A stretch of 35,037 bases of DNA, taken from positions 1 to 35,037 of IMG/VR virus record IMGVR_UViG_3300032212_000096. One strand, given 5' to 3'. Within the stretch, counting starts at the first letter, position 1, and each line of letters starts with the position of its first letter. This DNA is from a virus (lineage: Duplodnaviria > Caudoviricetes). Of the stretch, positions 1 to 10,282 are shown one piece after another. Made by a program: the position numbers and the translations under genes. Under the pieces are notes generated by a model. That model was not told the origin of the DNA, ran no database searches, and saw only the letters and a program-made list of their open reading frames with translations.

Positions 1-127
1 GCCCTTCTGCTTGAACAGTTGGTGTAGTTAGTACTCTTTTTGAATCTATTTCTGCTTTAGTGTAAGCTTCTACTAATTCAAACCCTGTCTCGCCTATATT
101 TGCCCTTAAGTGTTTTAGTGCATCTCC
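1..127. repeat. Terminal direct repeat (left copy); circular-assembly overlap
   Basis: Bases 1-127 are identical to 34911-35037. 127 is a common assembler k-mer length, and an ORF crosses the join in frame. Confidence 0.95.
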
Positions 128-793
128 TCCTGCAATAGGTGGTAGATTAACACCTGCTGCACTTGCTGCTGCATTTTCTTCACTTATTGCTGCATTTGTT
201 TCACTTAGTGCTGCTGCCTCTTCTGATGCTGCTGCATTTGTTTCGCTTAGTGCTGCTGCTGTTGCACTATCAACTGCTAAAGTTACGTTTGTGGGTACTG
301 TATCATCGTTTACAATACTTTTTCCATCTGGTGCAAAACGAATATATCCATCTGCAATAGGTGATGGTAAAACTGTATCAAAGCCTTGTGTAGAAACAGG
401 GATAGTTAAGTTTCTATCAGATTGATTTAGTTCTGCATCTGCAATAAGATATGTTTGATAATTTTGATCTTCATCTAATGCTTCTGCGTATAAATCTCCG
501 TTATTCTGATAATCCGTTTCTCTAGTGGTTGGTAAACTTCTTACTGCTGTAATACTATCACCTGTTGATGCAGGAGTAACAAGCTCTATAAGTCCTCCAT
601 TATCACCGCTAATAGTAACTGTATAATCTGTTATTTCAGTTAGTATATCGTCTGTATCGTTTGGTGTGCTTCCATATGGTGTTAAAAATACAACAACATT
701 TGATGTATCAAATATCTTAAACGAAAATGGAAAATCTGTTTGTGCTGATGTAGCAGTATATTCTGCCCTTCCTTCTGCTGTATTATATGCCAT
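1..793 (-). CDS. Tail fibre, N-terminal part (T7 gp17-like adaptor domain); continues across the origin to 34549, 384 aa in total
   Basis: Not in the ORF track. Hand translation from ATG 793 gives MAYNTAEGRAEYTATSAQTDFPFSFKIF...TDYTVT...GDSITAVRSLP...DYQNNGDL, then an Ala-rich SETNAA linker. The frame stays open through the repeat into ORF 34549..34893. Confidence 0.85.
   Translation of the reverse strand, partial: MAYNTAEGRAEYTATSAQTDFPFSFKIFDTSNVVVFLTPYGSTPNDTDDILTEITDYTVTISGDNGGLIELVTPASTGDSITAVRSLPTTRETDYQNNGDLYAEALDEDQNYQTYLIADAELNQSDRNLTIPVSTQGFDTVLPSPIADGYIRFAPDGKSIVNDDTVPTNVTLAVDSATAAALSETNAAASEEAAALSETNAAISEENAAASAAGVNLPPIAGGDALKHLRANIGETGFELVEAYTKAEIDSKRVLTTPTVQAEG
188..259. repeat. 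Duplicated 30-bp unit encoding AAALSETNAA in the fibre linker
   Basis: 188-217 and 230-259 differ at one base. Confidence 0.8.
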
Positions 794-3733
794 TTATTCT
801 TCTCCAAATATATCTTGTGTTGTTGTTTCTGAGCCACCCTTAACCTTGTCAAACTGATAATCAGTTTCATCTTTAAGCATTTCTCTTTGAACCTCGGTGC
901 TTTCCCCTCCAAACTTATCTTTAATAAGAGGAATACTTTTTTTCTGTATCGTTTTTCGCAATATATCTTCATTGGTAGCTTTTAGCTGTAATCTTCCTGC
1001 TTCATCAAAAGCATTAGCTATTGTCTGTAATATTATAGCTTTTTTATTATCATTTGCGTTAATATAAAGCTCTGATTTCATAGTCATATCTACAAAGCCT
1101 TTAAAATTAAGCTCTCTGCTTTCTCCACCATCTAAGAACTGATCTAAACCGCTATTACCATCTAGCTGTTTTACTGTAATGATTTTTCTACTTAAAAGCA
1201 CTAAGTCATTGTGCTGTTCTGGTGTTAATTTAACTCCTTCTAGCATCTTACTTGGTAGTGAAAAAGGATACTCGTTAATAGAGTTAGCAAGTCTTAAAAC
1301 CTCTAGCTTTGTTTTATCATCTGTACCCACGACTGTTTCATAAGGACTTAGTATGTTATGAAACTGTATTTGCTCACCATAAGCATCTACCCTTCTACTG
1401 TTTGCATTTGTAATAAAAGGTGTGTTGTTTTGAATATAATCTGCTGCATCTGATGATACTTTTAAATAAGGGTCTTGTGTTTTTGCTAAATCTCGTCTAG
1501 CTGCTGAAAATGGTATAAAAGCGTTCATTTGATTTTGAATGTATCGCTTACCATAGCGTTTAGGGTCACTCCATACATTCATAAGATCACGTATACCTGT
1601 CATAAAGGTTTTATTTAAAGTGTTCTCTGCTACTGCTGTAACGATTGCACCCATAGACTTTTCAAAAAGTGCATCTTCATCGTCCATTAAATCATCATAC
1701 TTTTTACCATAAAGAAAGTTATTTAAGTCTGCAATAGAACCTAAAATATAACTCAATGGCTCGTATCGGTCATAAGGTACATATTCAGTAGTTCCATCTT
1801 CATTTTTAAAAACAAAACTTCTAGGTTTTACTTTGGCATCTCTCCATGCTTTCTTTAATGCAGGGTCACTTGGCTCTGTTCCTGTCATAAGTCCTTCTGA
1901 TGCAGCGTTCCATATTAGACCACCTAAAGCTGTTCCTGTTGTCATTCTGCTTTTTGCTAACTGTCCTCTAGCACCACCTGCCATAATATCGTCACGTAAC
2001 TTTTTAGATGCTAAACCAATAGGTGTACGTTCTAAGAAGCCCTGCTTTAATAGATTTGTAGGTGTTTTAACAAAAGGTATCACGTATCTTAATGCAGGTG
2101 TATTTCTGATAACTTTATTAAAACGCTGTCCTTTTTCACCTAATGGTCTTTGGAATGTAACATCATCTGCTAACTCTGCTGACTCTCTAATCATTTGTTG
2201 ACTAGGGTTATCTAATAGCTCTTGCATTAATGCTCTAGCCTGTGCAGGGTCTAGCCCTTCTCTTTCGGCTATCATTGAAGCTTCTCTATATGCTACTGAA
2301 TGACTAGCTGCACCTTCACTAATACGTCTGAAAAGTGCATCTACACCTCCCATTAATCTTTCTGTAGGAACTCTTAAAACACCGCCAATAAAATCAATAG
2401 CCGATGCTGCTGTAGTATCTGCTTTCATGCCATAGTTAGCTGATGAAATAGCAGGTAACATATCACTATCTAGTTTGCTCATGCCCTTGTATTGATCGGC
2501 TGTTTTAGCTACATTAAGCCCTACTTTTAAAGCATCAACTGTAGAACTCCATTTACCTAGTTCATGGTGCATAAAGCTTTTAGCTGAAATAGCCATATCT
2601 TTATCTGCTTGACCTTTACCCATAAATACCGCTACACCTTGGTCTATTGTATCCATGCCTAGTCTTAGTGCATTACCTACTGTATTAACTTTAAATGTCT
2701 TGATACCAGATAATATAGAATTTACCCATACTTCATAGACACTATCAAAACCTTTTTGCCAATTTGTCTTACTACTTAACAATCTGTTAATATCTTTTGT
2801 TGAGTCAATCGCACTAATATCTTCTAGTAATTGATCTAACCCCATTCTCATATCTGCTGATGCTAATTTTTCTTCAATCGCTCTTGCTTCACTTTCACGA
2901 CCTAAACCAGTTTGTATCCCCATAGCTCTCATACCACGACCATATTCTGCACGTTGACCCATGAACTGTTGCTGTAGTTGTTGGTGAAAGTATAGTTGTC
3001 TAGCTGCGGACAGTTTTTCCTTGTCTGAAAGCTTACCTTCTGATTTTAATACTGAATACTCTTTTAGCTTAATAGCTGAACGCTCGATCATTTGTCGTGC
3101 TGCTATCATGTATTCGGCTGATAGTAGTTCGCCTTGTTCGGTGGTTAAAATCTTCTTTAACTTCTCTGGGTCACTTCCAATATCATCTGCTAAACCATAA
3201 AGCTGTTCATCTGTAATTACACCACGTCTTTTTTCATTAATAGATGCTTTGTTATTGTCTGCCATCTCTGCAATAATTGCTTTAATATCATCTGGACTTT
3301 CAATAGTATCAAAGTTCATTTGGTGACTATCAGTAGTAGCATAATCTTCAATATTTGAATATCCTAATTTAAGTTCTTCTTTTTGTTTCTTGATAGGTTG
3401 AAACTCTTTAGGGATTGGTGCAGTTTCTTCTTTAAGTGGTGCTTTGTTGATCTCTCCTGCTTCTATCTGTTTTTCAAGCTCAATCATACCACGCTTTTGT
3501 TCTTTCATTTTAGGGTCATCATACATACCCCACTTTTTAAGTAAAGCACTCTCTTTTCCTGTAGGCTTAACTTTAGGTCTAATCATTTTAGTAATAGTAC
3601 TAAATAGCCCTGCTGTTGGTTCTCCCATTGGAACATCACCAGAAATATCTGGTACTGCTTCCATAGTCGCTATATCTTGCTCTTGCTTTTGTTGGTCTAT
3701 CTGAGGTTCGATAGTTTGTAGTTCTTCTTCCAT
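794..3733 (-). CDS. Large internal virion/ejection protein (gp16-like position, possible LPD38-type C-terminal region)
   Basis: 979-aa helical protein with a PFVKTPTN motif; sits directly before the fibre gene. Confidence 0.65.
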   Translation of the reverse strand: MEEELQTIEPQIDQQKQEQDIATMEAVPDISGDVPMGEPTAGLFSTITKMIRPKVKPTGKESALLKKWGMYDDPKMKEQKRGMIELEKQIEAGEINKAPLKEETAPIPKEFQPIKKQKEELKLGYSNIEDYATTDSHQMNFDTIESPDDIKAIIAEMADNNKASINEKRRGVITDEQLYGLADDIGSDPEKLKKILTTEQGELLSAEYMIAARQMIERSAIKLKEYSVLKSEGKLSDKEKLSAARQLYFHQQLQQQFMGQRAEYGRGMRAMGIQTGLGRESEARAIEEKLASADMRMGLDQLLEDISAIDSTKDINRLLSSKTNWQKGFDSVYEVWVNSILSGIKTFKVNTVGNALRLGMDTIDQGVAVFMGKGQADKDMAISAKSFMHHELGKWSSTVDALKVGLNVAKTADQYKGMSKLDSDMLPAISSANYGMKADTTAASAIDFIGGVLRVPTERLMGGVDALFRRISEGAASHSVAYREASMIAEREGLDPAQARALMQELLDNPSQQMIRESAELADDVTFQRPLGEKGQRFNKVIRNTPALRYVIPFVKTPTNLLKQGFLERTPIGLASKKLRDDIMAGGARGQLAKSRMTTGTALGGLIWNAASEGLMTGTEPSDPALKKAWRDAKVKPRSFVFKNEDGTTEYVPYDRYEPLSYILGSIADLNNFLYGKKYDDLMDDEDALFEKSMGAIVTAVAENTLNKTFMTGIRDLMNVWSDPKRYGKRYIQNQMNAFIPFSAARRDLAKTQDPYLKVSSDAADYIQNNTPFITNANSRRVDAYGEQIQFHNILSPYETVVGTDDKTKLEVLRLANSINEYPFSLPSKMLEGVKLTPEQHNDLVLLSRKIITVKQLDGNSGLDQFLDGGESRELNFKGFVDMTMKSELYINANDNKKAIILQTIANAFDEAGRLQLKATNEDILRKTIQKKSIPLIKDKFGGESTEVQREMLKDETDYQFDKVKGGSETTTQDIFGEE

Positions 3734-4608
3734 TAGTTAGCACCTTTCAAAGTCATATCCATAATCGGATTATCTAAGCTTTTCTCTATTATATCTTTTG
3801 CACCTTTACTTAAAGACTTAATAATTGGTTCTGCATTAACTAAAACTGCACCTGCTGTTGCTCCAATAGTCATAGCTAAAGCACCTCTAAATGGGTCATA
3901 TTCATCTAAAAACCCTGTTTCCACTTCCACTTCTTGTCTAAGGGCATCATCAATGCCTGTATAAGTTGCACCTGCTGTTGCTCCTTGCATGGTTTTACTT
4001 CCTGCAATAGATGCTACTTTGGCTTTTAATGCTGCTTTAAAACCTGCTTTTGTTACAGTACCACCAGTTGTCTTAGCCATAAGACCCGCACCAAACAAAT
4101 AAGATGTAGGGTCTGTTGCAATACCTTCAAAAAATCTACCTACTCCTGCCATTGTTATATCTTTTTCATCATAGGTTTCCATCATGTAAAATAGAGCCAT
4201 CTTTTGTTCATCTGTTGCTTTATCAATATTCATAGCCATAGGAACTGTACCTGCACCTAGATTATAATTGAATTTACCCATTTCATCTAAACCATACTTA
4301 GCTATACTTGCATCATCACCATCTATATCATACCCATTAACGTATTTATGTAATGCTCTTGATGCTTCAATCCATGTTTTATCTGTTGATAAAGATTCTT
4401 CTTTAACCACTCTATCTTCTTCTTGCAATTCTGTAGCGTAAGCTTGTATCGCATTACGTCTATCATCTTCACTTCTGAAGTGTTTCATGTATCTGGGTTT
4501 AATTGCTTTTGCAGTAGCCCAATTATCTTGAATTTCATTAAACTCTGCATCACTCATGCCACTAAAAATATTATCTATTTCATAATCATCTTGTATATCA
4601 TTTGGCAT
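3733..4608 (-). CDS. Internal virion protein
   Basis: 291 aa with a DPTSY motif and Gly/Ala-rich hydrophobic stretches; TAATG-coupled to the 979-aa gene. Confidence 0.55.
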   Translation of the reverse strand: MPNDIQDDYEIDNIFSGMSDAEFNEIQDNWATAKAIKPRYMKHFRSEDDRRNAIQAYATELQEEDRVVKEESLSTDKTWIEASRALHKYVNGYDIDGDDASIAKYGLDEMGKFNYNLGAGTVPMAMNIDKATDEQKMALFYMMETYDEKDITMAGVGRFFEGIATDPTSYLFGAGLMAKTTGGTVTKAGFKAALKAKVASIAGSKTMQGATAGATYTGIDDALRQEVEVETGFLDEYDPFRGALAMTIGATAGAVLVNAEPIIKSLSKGAKDIIEKSLDNPIMDMTLKGAN

Positions 4609-6151
4609 TTTTCATTCCTTCTTTAAGGGTTTCTTGATTATGGCTTTTTGCTTCCTTGAATTTTTGTTGTCTTAGTTCTTCACGTCTTTTATCTTCTGCT
4701 TTGGCTCTTGATTTGATCTTATCTAATAACCCTCTAGCAATACCAAGAGATTTAATACCTCTTTCTGCTACTGGTAAAGCGTTTACCATGTCAAAATATC
4801 TACTACTAAGCATATTGTATAGTTTAGCATTGTCATTGTTTAAATCAAGTTTACCCGCAAGTGTACCCTCGACAAAACCGAAATGCCCCATAATCTCTTT
4901 ATTACCTTGCTTGTAGTTAATATCAGAAGTAAATGCAGGTCTGCTGTTAATCTTCTCTAGAAATGTTCGCTTATCTTTATTGCTGAGTTGTGGGTGGTTT
5001 AATATTTCCTCTCTTGTGTAAGACAATGGAAATGCTATTAAGCTATTAACTACATCTGGTGTACTAACCATGTTATCTTGATTTTTAATTTCTTCTAATA
5101 GTTCATTTTTCCTTGCTTTGGTGATCTTGTCTGCAAAATAAGCTTCTTTAATTAAGTTTTGTGATTGTGCAGGATGCTCCACCATAGATAGTTTAATATT
5201 CTTATACACTTCTGTTTGAGCTGTTTCAAAGTCTAGCTCTTGTCTTTTTAATACGTCATGGTGTGCTAAGTTCTTTTTTCTTATACTATCATATACCTCA
5301 TCTTCTAAATCATCAATCTCTTTTAGAGTTAGATTAGATGCTTCATGCTTCATTGTTTTAAACTTAGCTAGAAAAGCAACCTGAGTTCCACTTGCTTCTG
5401 CTGTTTTAATACCACTCTTAATATAAGCCTTGTAAGCACTCTTTTTAGCTATATCTAATCGCATAGGAATAGAGCTAGTTTCTATAAGCCCTGCTCCTGC
5501 TTGTGACTTTAAAAAGCTTCCATACTCTGCTACTGCTCCATTAAAGCTTTTTAACGTGCTTGGCATAGTTTCTTTTGTTGCATTACCTAAATCAATATAG
5601 GCTCGGCTCATCTTATCTTCAAGGTCTGCCATAATATATTTACTTGCTGCTGCATTTTCTGAACTTTTACTGCTTATCAGTTTAGCTCTTATCTTGGAAT
5701 ACATTGCATCACGTATAGTTTCTGCTTCTTTTGTAGCATGAGCCATTAATGCAATATCAGCACCTTTAGCATCTATCGCACTTATGTGATCGTTCATACC
5801 ATCAAGAAAACCTTGTGGATTATCTTTGAATTGTGCAGCTAACTCCACCCCTCTATTTTTTATGCCTTGTGTAGTTTTTGCAATAAAAGTATTTCGTGTA
5901 AGATTGTTATATTTGTCTGCATAAATTGTATTATCATCAATGGTTGAGAAATCTTCACCCTGTAATACTTTAGCAGAAAAATCTTCTTCTGCTTTAGATA
6001 TAGCTTCTCTTTTACCTATTTGTGCAGCTATACCCTGAAATGCGGATATTCTTTGGCTTAGTGTTGCAACTGCTTGTGCTTTGGCTTTATGTACGATTGC
6101 ATCACCGCTAACCTCTGCAATACGTTTTTCTCTATATCTAGGTAAATGCAT
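4598..6151 (-). CDS. Internal virion protein (gp15-like position)
   Basis: 517-aa helical protein; called from synteny. Confidence 0.55.
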   Translation of the reverse strand: MHLPRYREKRIAEVSGDAIVHKAKAQAVATLSQRISAFQGIAAQIGKREAISKAEEDFSAKVLQGEDFSTIDDNTIYADKYNNLTRNTFIAKTTQGIKNRGVELAAQFKDNPQGFLDGMNDHISAIDAKGADIALMAHATKEAETIRDAMYSKIRAKLISSKSSENAAASKYIMADLEDKMSRAYIDLGNATKETMPSTLKSFNGAVAEYGSFLKSQAGAGLIETSSIPMRLDIAKKSAYKAYIKSGIKTAEASGTQVAFLAKFKTMKHEASNLTLKEIDDLEDEVYDSIRKKNLAHHDVLKRQELDFETAQTEVYKNIKLSMVEHPAQSQNLIKEAYFADKITKARKNELLEEIKNQDNMVSTPDVVNSLIAFPLSYTREEILNHPQLSNKDKRTFLEKINSRPAFTSDINYKQGNKEIMGHFGFVEGTLAGKLDLNNDNAKLYNMLSSRYFDMVNALPVAERGIKSLGIARGLLDKIKSRAKAEDKRREELRQQKFKEAKSHNQETLKEGMKNAK

Positions 6152-6159
6152 ATTCTCTC

Positions 6160-6552
6160 CTATCCAATTTGTGATGCTCTAGCAAAAGAACCTGCACCTG
6201 ATAAAAGTCCACCTGCTGTTGCTGAAAACCTAGCTACACGTCCTGCTGTTCTAAGTGCTTCTGATGTTCTACCTGCTCCTGCACGTACTGCTTTAATATC
6301 TCTCTCTGCTGCTGCTTTATCACCTTCCATTACTGCTAAAGCTGAACCCTCAACAACTCTACCTTGACCTGCAAATAGAACTTGCTGCATATCTAAAGCA
6401 TCTTCTAATTCTGCATTAATCCTCTCTACATCTGCTTCTGCTGCTAAACGTGTACTCTCTGCTGTTGCTTCTGCTGCTTCTTCTCGTTTCTTACCTTCGT
6501 ATATGCCTAGCCCTATTTGAGCTGCACCGATTGCTACTAATCCACCTGCCAT
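6160..6552 (-). CDS. Small internal virion protein (gp14-like)
   Basis: Probable start MAGGLV. Gly/Ala-rich ends, central coiled coil and a GRVVEGSAL motif. Confidence 0.65.
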   Translation of the reverse strand: MAGGLVAIGAAQIGLGIYEGKKREEAAEATAESTRLAAEADVERINAELEDALDMQQVLFAGQGRVVEGSALAVMEGDKAAAERDIKAVRAGAGRTSEALRTAGRVARFSATAGGLLSGAGSFARASQIG

Positions 6553-6553
6553 C

Positions 6554-8338
6554 TTAAAACTCCACTTCCGCATCTATGCTTAATAATGTAAATGGTAATG
6601 GGTCATCTTGTGATATTTCAATATCAACTAACCTACCATAACCTAGTAGATAAATCTCTTTTATACCAGTAAAAGGCACTGGTACTTTATCTAAAGAAAC
6701 TACAAATTTTCTATCGTTCATAATGCTGTCTTGAACCAAAATACCTAAGCTTTCATGTAGTCTAATTATAACACGATTTACACGCTTTCTTAGATTTATG
6801 ATGCTTCCATCTTTTTGCGTTCCTGCATTAAGTGGTAGTGTTTTAACCTTAACATCATAGTTTAGCCCTACTTCTATATGATATGCTTCTCTTGTGATGT
6901 CGAAATGGTTTAAGTCTGTACCATCACTTGTTGGTAATGCACTTGCTTGTATAGAACTATCTGCGACTACTCTCCAATACTGAGTGTAAGCTAATGACTC
7001 TTTTATGTTTGTAGTGATACTGTTTACAGATACACCAGTAGTAGGGTTTTGAAAAACAATGTTTTCACCCTTGAAAGTAATGTTATCTAAACCAAATACA
7101 ATATTGTCTGTAACTGGTGGTGTTCCTTCAACTACTGTATTGTGATCTGAATAAGTACCCTCTGTTAGTTTTTCTACGAAAATACTACCTCTACGTTCAA
7201 TTAGAAAGTAAACCTCTTTATCAACTACTGCGACATCTTTAAAAAGTCCATCTGTAGTCCATTTAGTCCACCCATGTATGCCCTCGTTTCTCATGCTATT
7301 AAGAACTGCTATAGTACCATCTGCATTAACGACAAAAACTAAATCAGAAAAATCTGCTGTTGTACCCTTAATCATTGCAGTAGAAACCACGCTATTAAGT
7401 AAATGAGATGATATTAAAGAAGCGTTTATAGGAGTATAAGACTTTTCATTATCGTTATAGGTAGTTTGTCTTAGTGTTCGACCTGAACTATCAATGTAAA
7501 GTGTTGCACCATTTAGGAATAGTGGTCTAATCCTTTTAGCACCTGTTGTACTGTATGAAGCCCATGCACTATCAGCAGGGGTTAATAATTGAGCTGTGTT
7601 ATAAAACTCTTGTGATTGTGTGTATACTTGTAGTGAACCTGCGGATATAATACCATTGATTTCATTGTAATCATCTGTATCAATAGTATCAAAGATTGCA
7701 TCATTAGCTGCACCTGTTCCTACTGCGAAATTGTAAAAGTCATTTGCTACTGAACCCCATACGCTAGATACTTTTGACTTTGAACCACCAAACCATAATC
7801 TACCTTTATGAAAAGTACACGTTCTTGGGTATCCTCTTGTGGCACTCCATACTGGTTCTGCTCCTGCTCCAAAGTTATAAGTGGGTATACCAACTAAAGG
7901 GATATTGGATAAAGTCCATATAGTATGAGATGCACCCCTTGTTAAAATTGCAGGTGCGTGATCTTCATGCGTGATAATAAGAACATCTGCTGATTGAATA
8001 ACATCAATATCTGGTATTTGTGCTTCTGTGTATGTGCTAACTTCTGTAGACTGTAAAACACCATTGAAATATATCTTGATACTATTGTTTTGAAATATGA
8101 TTAAATAGGCTTCATCTCTACTAAAGACGAATGATTCAGTACGTGCATAGCCTGTGCCTATGTGATTATCTGTAATCTTTTGCATACCTGCTCTACGTCT
8201 TAGACCGCCATGTGGCATAATAAGCATATTAGTAGCTTCCTGAACTCCTCCTGCATATACATCTGTACCTGTATTGCCATGAAGTGTAGGTGCTACTTCA
8301 CCTTTAGTCATGTTGGTTTGAACTATTCTAGTTTTCAC
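6554..8338 (-). CDS. Tail tubular protein B / nozzle (T7 gp12-like)
   Basis: QTNMTKGE...P.HGGLRRRAG N-terminus, GYPRTCTFHKGRLWFGG, and a PLPFTLLS C-terminus. Confidence 0.9.
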   Translation of the reverse strand: MKTRIVQTNMTKGEVAPTLHGNTGTDVYAGGVQEATNMLIMPHGGLRRRAGMQKITDNHIGTGYARTESFVFSRDEAYLIIFQNNSIKIYFNGVLQSTEVSTYTEAQIPDIDVIQSADVLIITHEDHAPAILTRGASHTIWTLSNIPLVGIPTYNFGAGAEPVWSATRGYPRTCTFHKGRLWFGGSKSKVSSVWGSVANDFYNFAVGTGAANDAIFDTIDTDDYNEINGIISAGSLQVYTQSQEFYNTAQLLTPADSAWASYSTTGAKRIRPLFLNGATLYIDSSGRTLRQTTYNDNEKSYTPINASLISSHLLNSVVSTAMIKGTTADFSDLVFVVNADGTIAVLNSMRNEGIHGWTKWTTDGLFKDVAVVDKEVYFLIERRGSIFVEKLTEGTYSDHNTVVEGTPPVTDNIVFGLDNITFKGENIVFQNPTTGVSVNSITTNIKESLAYTQYWRVVADSSIQASALPTSDGTDLNHFDITREAYHIEVGLNYDVKVKTLPLNAGTQKDGSIINLRKRVNRVIIRLHESLGILVQDSIMNDRKFVVSLDKVPVPFTGIKEIYLLGYGRLVDIEISQDDPLPFTLLSIDAEVEF

Positions 8339-8895
8339 GAAAATATATCCGCTATAAGATTATGTTTGATCTGTTGTGCAGGTCTGCTTGTTGAATCAAG
8401 GGCTTTTGCTTTTCTGAGTTGCGAGTTATACATACCTAAATATTCATTTGCTCTTGTTGTATTACCTGTAACTGGTATTGCAAACTGTGCAGCTAAGAAA
8501 AACTCGAAAGTCTTGATAAAGTATGCAGGTAAGAAATCTTCTTTGACCTTGTAGGTATACTCTATCTCTAACTCTTTGTAGTTGGTGTAGATTTTATCTT
8601 CATAAATATCAAAATCACGCTCTGCTGTAGTGTTTTGAAGCATAACCAAATCACTAGGCATCTGGTATTGATATTTGTATTCAGATTGTGGTGTTTCAGA
8701 CAGTCTGGCTAATTTAGCTTTCTTAGTGGCAAATCTCCATCTGTGCATAGAAAGCATATTGATATAGCTAGAGTCGTATAGATTAGCACCTGCAATAGCT
8801 CCTGCTCCTGAGTCTGTTAATGCTGAGATAGGAGCATCACCTAATAAGATTAAAGCGTTTGAGATTAATTGAATTTTAGAAGTGTTTCCTGCCAT
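8335..8895 (-). CDS. Tail tubular protein A / adaptor (T7 gp11-like)
   Basis: ISNALILLGDAPIS, HRWRFATK and YQYQMPSD motifs; synteny. Confidence 0.88.
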   Translation of the reverse strand: MAGNTSKIQLISNALILLGDAPISALTDSGAGAIAGANLYDSSYINMLSMHRWRFATKKAKLARLSETPQSEYKYQYQMPSDLVMLQNTTAERDFDIYEDKIYTNYKELEIEYTYKVKEDFLPAYFIKTFEFFLAAQFAIPVTGNTTRANEYLGMYNSQLRKAKALDSTSRPAQQIKHNLIADIFS

Positions 8896-8910
8896 AGTAT
8901 ATCCTTAAGT

Positions 8911-8931
8911 GTATACCCAAAGAGGGTACAC
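8911..8931 (-). terminator. Intergenic hairpin after the capsid genes (possible attenuator/terminator)
   Basis: GTGTACCC-TCTTT-GGGTATAC on the minus strand; no clear U-tract. Confidence 0.35.
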
Positions 8932-8943
8932 GTTAAAACTACA

Positions 8944-9195
8944 CTAAATTAGTGTTGCTTCTTCTGTTGTAACTGTTGCTGATGTTGAAGCTGTTACCGC
9001 TAAAACTACACAACCATCTGAACCTGCCGCCATGATAAAATCATTAACATTAAGTACAGCGTATTTTGGCAGAAAATAATCTGCTGCTGCGATCTGTGCT
9101 TTAGTAGAAGCTGTATCTACAAAAGTAACAATCTTAGGTGCGTTTGAACCTACACCTGCTGAGATAGGATAAAAGTTTTTTGAATCAAAAGCCAT
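8944..9195 (-). CDS. Small capsid-associated (decoration/cement-like) protein
   Basis: 83 aa directly after the capsid gene; AADYF...LNVNDFI motif. Confidence 0.55.
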   Translation of the reverse strand: MAFDSKNFYPISAGVGSNAPKIVTFVDTASTKAQIAAADYFLPKYAVLNVNDFIMAAGSDGCVVLAVTASTSATVTTEEATLI

Positions 9196-9216
9196 AATAG
9201 CCCTTTCGTATGTTGT

Positions 9217-9232
9217 ACCCCACTTAAGGGGT
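9217..9232 (-). terminator. Hairpin after the major capsid gene
   Basis: ACCCC-N6-GGGGT inverted repeat; no clear U-tract. Confidence 0.3.
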
Positions 9233-9246
9233 TATGGTTCTACTGA

Positions 9247-10107
9247 TTAAACAGTATACTGAAATTTACAAACACCTTCATTATCAATGATAGTCGCACC
9301 CATTTTTAGGTTTGCATTTGATAACCATGAAGATTTAGTAGGTATCCAATCTGTAGATACAGAAAGTTCAATACCAGAAGCAACACCTACTGATGAAGCA
9401 GTCCATGCGTAACCATCTTGTATTGAACCAGTAAGGTTTAAACCACCTTCTGCACGTGTACCAAATGTAATGAACGTCATTCCTAAAAATTGATTAATTT
9501 CACCATTCACTAAAGCTTTAACTGTGTTGTAATCACTAGATGTAAGTGTAGAATCGGCTAAAAGATCATCAAGACCTTCTGACTCCATAGCAATAAAGAT
9601 TGTTTCGTCTGCTTCACGTGCCACGAACATTTTCTTAATAGCACGTAACTTAGCTACATTAAGACCTGTACCAACACCACCTACATCTGTATCAACTAAC
9701 AGACCTTCACCTGCTGTAAGAGTAGCATTAAATGTACCTGCTGCCATAGCATCAATTTGTAACTGATCTTTTCTACGTCCACCTGCATTAGCAATAACTG
9801 ATGCTAGTTTTGACATTTCATCAAAATTAACTTCTGCATCGTTAAAAATATCTGTGTACTCTGGGAACTCATAATCTTTCATTGTTGCAGTAGGCTTACT
9901 GTGTGAGATGTCCATAGGTGTTACATCACTTGATGGTGCTCCACGTTCGTGACCCATACCTTTACCCATTAAACGGAAATCATAGCTGTTACCAGTAACA
10001 TTACCACGATATTCACACGTACCTTCTAGCTTATATTTACCTTGAAAGGCTAACTTTACTTTTGAATCAAACTCTTTCTGAGCTACATCACTTAAAAACT
10101 TTGACAT
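9247..10107 (-). CDS. Major capsid protein (T7-like)
   Basis: TSSDYNTVKALVNGEINQFLGMTF and GRRKDQLQIDA motifs; strong AAAGGA RBS; follows the scaffold gene. Confidence 0.92.
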   Translation of the reverse strand: MSKFLSDVAQKEFDSKVKLAFQGKYKLEGTCEYRGNVTGNSYDFRLMGKGMGHERGAPSSDVTPMDISHSKPTATMKDYEFPEYTDIFNDAEVNFDEMSKLASVIANAGGRRKDQLQIDAMAAGTFNATLTAGEGLLVDTDVGGVGTGLNVAKLRAIKKMFVAREADETIFIAMESEGLDDLLADSTLTSSDYNTVKALVNGEINQFLGMTFITFGTRAEGGLNLTGSIQDGYAWTASSVGVASGIELSVSTDWIPTKSSWLSNANLKMGATIIDNEGVCKFQYTV

Positions 10108-10276
10108 AATAGTCCTTTTTGTTTGTTTTGTTTATTCTGTTATGTTTGTGTTTGTAAGTTATTTAGGTGTCCGTCACAAAGACGGGTTAAATAGCTTTAC
10201 GCTAAATATCCCTACTCTGTGAGGCTCGAAATGAGGTATCTCTTAAGTAGTTAGTATTTACACTAATATAAGTATA
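10108..10276 (-). promoter_or_regulatory. Capsid-gene promoter (-10 TATACT at 10271-10276), structured 5' leader with two hairpins, and an A/C-rich spacer before the RBS
   Basis: Stems CCGTC/GACGG plus TATTTA/TAAATA (10154-10200), and CTACT/AGTAG plus two GAG/CTC pairings (10203-10260). Confidence 0.6.
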
Positions 10277-10282
10277 ACTAAA

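Noticed and set aside
1-127. 127-bp terminal repeat as a biological direct terminal repeat
   Set aside because: It lies in the middle of the tail-fibre gene and its length equals a common assembler k-mer, so it is best read as a circularisation overlap.
163-972. ORFs 163..360, 666..857 and 682..972
   Set aside because: They are shadow frames of the origin-spanning tail-fibre gene and the 979-aa gene.
9247-9300. T7 10A/10B-style capsid frameshift
   Set aside because: There is no convincing slippery sequence, and the next gene has its own RBS.
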